Shown here: one piece after another, positions 26,828 through 32,000 of the stretch
Layout of the letters: every line of letters begins with the position of its first letter
Numbering within the stretch: the first letter of the stretch is position 1
NCBI RefSeq assembly: GCF_009734345.1
Contig: NZ_CP032551.1
Location: 1,290,001 to 1,322,000 of the forward strand
Reading direction: 5' to 3'
Length of the DNA stretch: 32,000 nt
Origin: Pseudidiomarina andamanensis
GTDB lineage: Bacteria > Pseudomonadota > Gammaproteobacteria > Enterobacterales > Alteromonadaceae
Made by a program: the position numbers and the translations under genes
Notes under the pieces: generated by a model
Seen by the model: only the letters and a program-made list of their open reading frames with translations
Databases searched by the model: none
Told to the model about the DNA's origin: nothing

Positions 26828-27184
26828 TTTCTTTTGACGAGATTGGTTGCGGCGAAACCCCCAGTAAGCCCATGCATAATACGTTGAAGCACCTGCAGCA
26901 TCAGCTACGAGATCGCCAACGCTCGCGCTTCGATACGGTAACATTCCTTGAACCCACTCAATGGCGACACCGTATAAGGTAAGGACAATCAACGCCGCCC
27001 AAATTGGTATCGGGAAAGCACGATGAAACGTCAACGCCAACACAAAAAACGCCACAAAATGTACCACCTTGTCAGCATTCTCAAAGCGCGGTACTTGGTT
27101 GCTTGATACTTGCATTAAAAATGCTGCAGACAACCCAATCAGTACGATTAAAAATATAAGCCGCGCGATGTTTCTTGACGTCAT
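26816..27184 (-). CDS. VanZ-like family small membrane protein
   Basis: 122 aa with about 4 TM segments. It has the VanZ-like pattern DKVVHFVAFFVL ... IEWVQGMLPYRSASVGDLVADAAG. Confidence 0.6.
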   Translation of the reverse strand: MTSRNIARLIFLIVLIGLSAAFLMQVSSNQVPRFENADKVVHFVAFFVLALTFHRAFPIPIWAALIVLTLYGVAIEWVQGMLPYRSASVGDLVADAAGASTYYAWAYWGFRRNQSRQKKKAK

Positions 27185-27231
27185 TTACTATCCTTACTGC
27201 TATCGTCTAAATGATTTGGTTTACGTTTTAC

Positions 27232-28722
27232 TTACTTCTTCACCGGCGGCTGATAAACCGCCACGTTCTGATATCCTTGCTCTTGTAGATAAAGCGCCTG
27301 CAATTTACTCATAACGCCTTTCTCGCAATACAGTAAATAGGTTTTACTATGATCCAAGTCGGCAAAGGCCGTTGCCAGTTTAAAAAACGGAATATGCCGC
27401 ACCACAATATCGTCTTTCGGTGCCACAAAAGGCTTATTATCCACTTCGTCCTGGCTGCGAATATCGATGATTTCATGAGTCTCGCTTGTGACGCTCTGCA
27501 CCGCGTCCACTTTTTGCACGCGCTGCTCAGTGGTCTCGCCAATTTGGCTCACATCTTCAACCCGCGATTGACGCACCACCTGCTTAATTAACTCGATATC
27601 GAGTTGGCTCTCCGCTTCAGCTAAGGCATCACGTTGCGCTTTCACGGTCGGCTTATTCGAAATGACACCACAGTATTCTGGCATACTTCGCGCAAAGTCG
27701 GCGGTGCCAATTTGTTGCGCAATGTTAATGATCTCTTGCTTATCCATGGTGATTAATGGGCGCAGTACCAGTTTGTCAGTGGCCTCATCAATCACACTTA
27801 AGTTGCTTAAGGTTTGGCTCGAAACCTGACCTAACGCCTCGCCCGTCACAATGGCTGCCGTGTGTAAATTATTAGCGACAATCTCTGCTGCTCGCAGCAT
27901 TTGACGCTTCAACACCACGCCCATTAAGCCGTTATCAACTTTGGTCAGTATTTCTTCAACCACCGGCGCAAAATCAATGCTAATAAACTTCAACGGATGT
28001 GAACTGGCGTACTGTTGCCATAAATAATAGGCCGTTTGCCGAACACCCGTTTCGTGTTGCGCACCACCTAAGTTAAAGAAGCAAAAGTGTACGCGGGCGC
28101 CACGGCGAATTAATTGAAAACTGGCCACACTTGAGTCAAAACCGCCAGAGAGTAAGCTCAGCACAGTTTCTTGTGTTGGCAACGGGAAGCCGCCTAAACC
28201 TTGCTCTTTGTGACCAAATACTCGAACCACATCATGGTCAATTTCAACGCGAACTTCCACGTCGGGCTTCTTCAAGCTCACCTTACTGCCAGCGCAGTGT
28301 TTCAATATGGCGCCACCTAAATAACGCTCTAAATCGAGTGAGCGAAACGGGTGCTCGCCTTTGCGTTTCACCCGAACCGCAAAGCTCTTGCCTGGAATAA
28401 TATCCTGCCAACACGCCAACACTTCATCCATGATTGGGGTGAAGTCGGTCGGATCGCCTTCCGGCAGCGGTAACTCGTGCGAACGGCTGAACCAAGAAAT
28501 ACCGGGTATTTTTTGTAAAATCTCACTGACCTGATTCGCATCTTGATGTGCGTCATCGGCCACAACGACTTCAATTCGATCCCAACACCAGATCACCTTG
28601 GCGTTTACATCGTTACGTCGCAAGATACTTTTCAGATTATTTACCAGTACCTTGCCATAGCGCTTCCGAACGCCTTTACTTTTAATGGTGATTTCTGCGT
28701 GCAATCGAACTATAAATTTCAT
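27232..28722 (-). CDS. thiI: tRNA 4-thiouridine(8) synthase / sulfur carrier ThiI with C-terminal rhodanese domain
   Basis: About 496 aa from MKFIVRLHAEITIKSKGVRKRY, the canonical ThiI N-terminus. It has a THUMP region, the PP-loop SGGFDSSVA, and a rhodanese domain with active-site Cys in LLYCEKG. The ORF-track start (28800) adds 26 non-homologous residues. Confidence 0.93.
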   Translation of the reverse strand: MKFIVRLHAEITIKSKGVRKRYGKVLVNNLKSILRRNDVNAKVIWCWDRIEVVVADDAHQDANQVSEILQKIPGISWFSRSHELPLPEGDPTDFTPIMDEVLACWQDIIPGKSFAVRVKRKGEHPFRSLDLERYLGGAILKHCAGSKVSLKKPDVEVRVEIDHDVVRVFGHKEQGLGGFPLPTQETVLSLLSGGFDSSVASFQLIRRGARVHFCFFNLGGAQHETGVRQTAYYLWQQYASSHPLKFISIDFAPVVEEILTKVDNGLMGVVLKRQMLRAAEIVANNLHTAAIVTGEALGQVSSQTLSNLSVIDEATDKLVLRPLITMDKQEIINIAQQIGTADFARSMPEYCGVISNKPTVKAQRDALAEAESQLDIELIKQVVRQSRVEDVSQIGETTEQRVQKVDAVQSVTSETHEIIDIRSQDEVDNKPFVAPKDDIVVRHIPFFKLATAFADLDHSKTYLLYCEKGVMSKLQALYLQEQGYQNVAVYQPPVKK

Positions 28723-28848
28723 GAGATTATTTGATGCCGTTACTGTTACTGAGTGTAAAAAGGCGGCATTATACCTGATTTGACCACACTGCGGAATCAA
28801 GGTAACTTGTGCGCCATTATTCCACGTAGCTACTGGATACCAAGCCTT

Positions 28849-29085
28849 ATGAGTGATTTGTCATTTGAACAAGCCATGCAACAACTTGAAAAAATTGTTG
28901 TGCAGTTAGAACAGGGTGAGTTGCCACTTGAACAAGCGCTTGAGCAATTCGAACAAGCGGTGAAGCTATCTCGTCTTAGCCAACAAAAATTGCAGCAAGC
29001 CGAACAAAAAGTCAGTCAACTGCTGCAACAGCAAGGGCAAGAAACACTCGCGCCATTTCAATCGAACGCTGAGGATGAAGCGTGA
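28849..29085 (+). CDS. xseB: Exodeoxyribonuclease VII small subunit
   Basis: 78 aa from MSDLSFEQAMQQLEKIVVQLEQGELPLEQALEQFEQ, a typical XseB helical hairpin. It is the first gene of xseB-ispA-dxs as in E. coli. The ORF-track start at 28780 is an upstream extension. Confidence 0.9.
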   Translation: MSDLSFEQAMQQLEKIVVQLEQGELPLEQALEQFEQAVKLSRLSQQKLQQAEQKVSQLLQQQGQETLAPFQSNAEDEA

Positions 29086-29969
29086 ACCTAGCGCAACAGC
29101 TCAACGATACGAAAGAACATATTAATCAGTACCTATCACGCCTGCTGCAAGAACGCGTTGCGATAGCCCCACGCTTGAACGAAGCGATGCACTACGCACT
29201 GGTGTTAGGTGGCAAACGTGTGCGACCGTTTCTAACCTTGCATGTTGGTGCGTTATGCGGCGCGGATCAGCATAGCTTAGAGCGCGCAGCTGCAGCGGTA
29301 GAATGTATTCATGCTTATTCGTTGGTTCATGACGATTTACCAGCCATGGATAATGATAGCCTGCGACGCGGGCATCCAACCTGTCATATTGCGTTTGACG
29401 ACGCCACCGCGATTTTAGCCGGTGATGCGCTGCAAACGTTAGCTTTCGAACTATTGAGCAGTCCGGATAAGAAGCTCAACCCAAATCGCCAACTGGAAAT
29501 GATTCATGTATTGGCCGACGGCAGCGGTGATCGCGGTATGTGCGGCGGTCAGGCGCTTGATTTAGCTGCAACCGGTAACGCCGTGCCAGAATCTGAGCTG
29601 GCTCAAGTACATATACATAAAACCGGTGCACTTATTCGTGCCGCGGTACAATTGGGCGTTTTAGCAGGGCATGATGACGCCCAGTCTTATCGCGCGCATT
29701 TTGACGCCTTTGCACATTATTTAGGGCTTGCTTTTCAAGTACGCGATGACATTCTGGACGTCATCGGTAATACTGAATCTCTCGGCAAAACCCAAGGCAG
29801 CGATATCCAAGCCAACAAAACAACCTATGTTAGTATACTGGGCTTAGAAGGCGCGCAGCAGCGCTTGCACGATTTACACCACAAAGCGCTTCATGCGCTG
29901 GGCAAAATTCCTTACAATACCCAATTATTGGAAGCATTCGCAGATCATCTGCTGAACCGGGATCATTAA
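29082..29969 (+). CDS. ispA: Farnesyl diphosphate synthase (geranyltranstransferase)
   Basis: 295 aa. The first Asp-rich motif is VHDDLPAMDNDSLRRG and the second is FQVRDDILD. Its GTG start overlaps the xseB stop (GTGA). Confidence 0.92.
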   Translation: MNLAQQLNDTKEHINQYLSRLLQERVAIAPRLNEAMHYALVLGGKRVRPFLTLHVGALCGADQHSLERAAAAVECIHAYSLVHDDLPAMDNDSLRRGHPTCHIAFDDATAILAGDALQTLAFELLSSPDKKLNPNRQLEMIHVLADGSGDRGMCGGQALDLAATGNAVPESELAQVHIHKTGALIRAAVQLGVLAGHDDAQSYRAHFDAFAHYLGLAFQVRDDILDVIGNTESLGKTQGSDIQANKTTYVSILGLEGAQQRLHDLHHKALHALGKIPYNTQLLEAFADHLLNRDH

Positions 29970-29972
29970 TAC

Positions 29973-31856
29973 ATGTCGTTATCTAGTAGTCACTCAGCCG
30001 CTTCAACACCGTTGTTGGACAGCATCAATACACCTGCAGACTTACGTTTATTGAACGAACGTCAGTTACCGCAGTTATGTGCAGAAGTGCGCGAGTTTCT
30101 ATTAAACTCGGTGAGCCAAAGTAGTGGTCACCTTGCTTCAGGCCTAGGCACCGTCGAACTGACCGTTGCGCTTCACTATGTGTATTCGACACCACATGAT
30201 CAGATAGTTTGGGACGTTGGTCACCAAGCCTATCCTCATAAAATATTAACCGGCCGCAAAGATCGTTTGCATACCATTCGACAAAAAGACGGGTTACACC
30301 CATTCCCTTGGCGTCCTGAAAGTGAATACGATACGTTGAGCGTTGGTCACTCGAGCACATCTATCAGCGCGGCTTTGGGCATGGCTATTGCTGCGCAGCG
30401 CAATAACACCCAGCAAAAAGTGGTCTCGATTATTGGCGATGGCGCGATAACCGCAGGTATGGCGTTTGAAGCGCTGAACCACGCCGGTGATATCAAACCC
30501 GATATGTTGGTGATTCTGAACGACAACGACATGTCCATTTCTGAGAACGTTGGCGCCCTGAATAACCACTTAGCACGGGTACTTTCCGGTAAGGTGTACA
30601 CCTCGATTCGTGAAGGTGGCAAGAAACTACTGCAAGGCATGCCGGGCATTTCACATCTAGCCAGCCGTGCTGAAGAACACATGAAAGGCATGGTGGCACC
30701 AGGAACTATCTTTGAAGAGCTTGGTTTTAATTATATTGGCCCAATTGATGGCCATGACGTGAATTTGCTGGTTGATACGCTGCGTAACATGCGTAGTTTG
30801 AAAGGCCCACAATTTTTGCATATCGTCACGCGCAAGGGTAAAGGCTACGCGCCCGCTGAAAAAGATCCAATCGGTTACCACGGGGTACCGAAATTTGACC
30901 CGTCGCAAACTTCATTACCAAGCAAAAAAGCGTCAACACCGTCGTATTCAAAAGTATTTGGCGATTGGCTCTGCGACATGGCCAATGTTGATGAGAAGCT
31001 CATGGCGGTTACCCCTGCCATGCGTGAAGGCTCAGGCATGGTTGAGTTTTCACAGAAGTATCCGCAGCAGTATTTTGACGTAGCCATTGCTGAGCAACAT
31101 GCAGTGACCTTCGGTGCCGGTCTCGCCATAGGCGGCTACCATCCGGTTGTTGCTATCTATTCAACGTTCTTGCAGCGCGGCTATGATCAATTGATTCACG
31201 ATGTGGCGTTGCAGAATTTACCTGTATTGTTCGCCATTGATCGTGCCGGAATTGTTGGCGCGGATGGCCCAACCCATCAAGGCGCTTTCGATATCAGTTA
31301 TATGCGTTGTGTGCCGAACCTCGTCATTATGACGCCAAGCGACGAGAATGAATGTCGCAATATGTTGTTTACTGGGCATATGTATCAAGAAGGTCCAGCA
31401 GCGGTTCGTTACCCGCGAGGTAACGGCACCGGCATTGCCATGGATGAGCAAATGCAGAAGCTTGAAATTGGTAAAGGACGCATGGTTCGCCAAGGCAAAA
31501 AAGTCGCGATTTTAAACTTCGGAACGCTTTTAACTGACGTGATGAGCTGTGCTGAAGCTATTGACGCGAGCGTTGCTGATATGCGTTTCGTCAAACCTTT
31601 GGATACTGCGTTAATCGATGCGTTAGTCGCCGATCACGATTTGCTAGTGAGTGTTGAAGAGAATGTCATTGCTGGTGGTGCTGGTAGTGCCGTTAGCGAA
31701 TACTTAGCGCAACAAGGTAAAATTGCACAGATGCTGCACTTAGGGTTACCTGATGAGTTTATTAAGCACGGTAGCCAAGAAGAGATTCGTGCTGAATTGA
31801 TGCTTGATGCTGCAGGCTTAGAGGCTCAAATCAAGCAGCGCATGGACACCATGTAA
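29973..31856 (+). CDS. dxs: 1-deoxy-D-xylulose-5-phosphate synthase
   Basis: 627 aa. Features are [37 protein letters not shown] and the TPP motif [18 protein letters not shown]. Homology is collinear to the C-terminus. Confidence 0.97.
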   Translation: MSLSSSHSAASTPLLDSINTPADLRLLNERQLPQLCAEVREFLLNSVSQSSGHLASGLGTVELTVALHYVYSTPHDQIVWDVGHQAYPHKILTGRKDRLHTIRQKDGLHPFPWRPESEYDTLSVGHSSTSISAALGMAIAAQRNNTQQKVVSIIGDGAITAGMAFEALNHAGDIKPDMLVILNDNDMSISENVGALNNHLARVLSGKVYTSIREGGKKLLQGMPGISHLASRAEEHMKGMVAPGTIFEELGFNYIGPIDGHDVNLLVDTLRNMRSLKGPQFLHIVTRKGKGYAPAEKDPIGYHGVPKFDPSQTSLPSKKASTPSYSKVFGDWLCDMANVDEKLMAVTPAMREGSGMVEFSQKYPQQYFDVAIAEQHAVTFGAGLAIGGYHPVVAIYSTFLQRGYDQLIHDVALQNLPVLFAIDRAGIVGADGPTHQGAFDISYMRCVPNLVIMTPSDENECRNMLFTGHMYQEGPAAVRYPRGNGTGIAMDEQMQKLEIGKGRMVRQGKKVAILNFGTLLTDVMSCAEAIDASVADMRFVKPLDTALIDALVADHDLLVSVEENVIAGGAGSAVSEYLAQQGKIAQMLHLGLPDEFIKHGSQEEIRAELMLDAAGLEAQIKQRMDTM

Positions 31857-32000
31857 GACAATGGCGCTGGCCGCACCGGCCAGCAAGTCATCCACCATAA
31901 TGCCCGCCCCGCCTTTTAAGTGACGATCACACCAGCCAATTGGGCCTGGCTTCACGATGTCGAGAAAGCGAAAGAGAATAAACGCGCCAAGTACGTTATA
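31818..32000 (-). CDS. pgpA: Phosphatidylglycerophosphatase A, 3' end only (5' part outside window)
   Basis: My hand translation of the minus strand from the window edge gives [60 protein letters not shown]. This matches the conserved PgpA C-terminal region (F(R/D)I.KP.PI...D..v.GG.GIM.DD..AG). It is absent from the ORF track because it has no start codon in the window. Confidence 0.8.
   Translation of the reverse strand, partial: YNVLGAFILFRFLDIVKPGPIGWCDRHLKGGAGIMVDDLLAGAASAIVLHGVHALLDLSL

Noticed and set aside
28723-28848. ORF-track N-terminal extensions of thiI (to 28800) and xseB (from 28780), which would make the two divergent genes overlap
   Set aside because: Family N-termini (MKFIVRLHAEITIKS for ThiI, MSDLSFEQAM for XseB) begin at internal ATGs. 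The extensions have no homology, and removing them restores a normal 126-bp divergent promoter region. The same logic applied to the porin (12297-12344), the MscS gene (18800-18862), the kinase (18874-18927) and the AEC permease (11300-11317).
30025-31594. Minus-strand ORFs of 61-114 aa inside dxs
   Set aside because: They are antisense to a full-length, collinear Dxs homologue, so they are frame artefacts.
1-32000. Search by eye of all intergenic regions for tRNA/tmRNA, rRNA, CRISPR repeats, IS inverted repeats, integrase/transposase genes and riboswitches
   Set aside because: Nothing is supportable. Intergenic spacers are short (mostly under 150 bp), and the longest (24540-24827) is explained by the relic gene fragment plus a promoter and terminator. 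A covariance-model scan (Infernal/Rfam, tRNAscan-SE) would be needed to exclude small ncRNAs formally.

Overview
The window looks like mostly core chromosome from a marine gammaproteobacterium (Alteromonadales-like gene content; about 47% GC by hand count of a sample). Nearly every large ORF is a recognisable housekeeping gene. These are tadA; a co-directional purine block guaB-guaA-mltF-(40 aa ORF)-purL; xseA; an AEC-family permease; and a porin. Next comes a six-gene TonB2-type energy-transduction operon (DUF3450/TtpB-like, long MotA/TolQ/ExbB TtpC-like, ExbB, ExbD, TonB, TPR/TtpD-like). The rest are an MscS-family channel, an orphan histidine kinase, rdgC, an M49-like zinc lipoprotein peptidase, yfiC(trmN6)/srmB, a VanZ-like protein, thiI, xseB-ispA-dxs and the 3' end of pgpA. 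I saw no rRNA, tRNA, CRISPR array, IS element, integrase or recognisable defence gene. The only clearly accessory DNA is a ~1.5 kb low-GC islet (about 23.3-24.8 kb) between the peptidase gene and yfiC. It carries two orphan genes, a 319 aa signal-peptide protein with 8 Cys and a 76 aa two-TM protein. On its far side is a diverged second copy of the peptidase gene's 3' end. That islet is my best candidate for something undescribed, but its function is speculative. The second notable signal is a set of 11-bp-phased TGWCA repeats (Pho-box/OmpR-family-like) upstream of both the TonB2 operon and the porin gene. I did not find a convincing novel multi-gene system.
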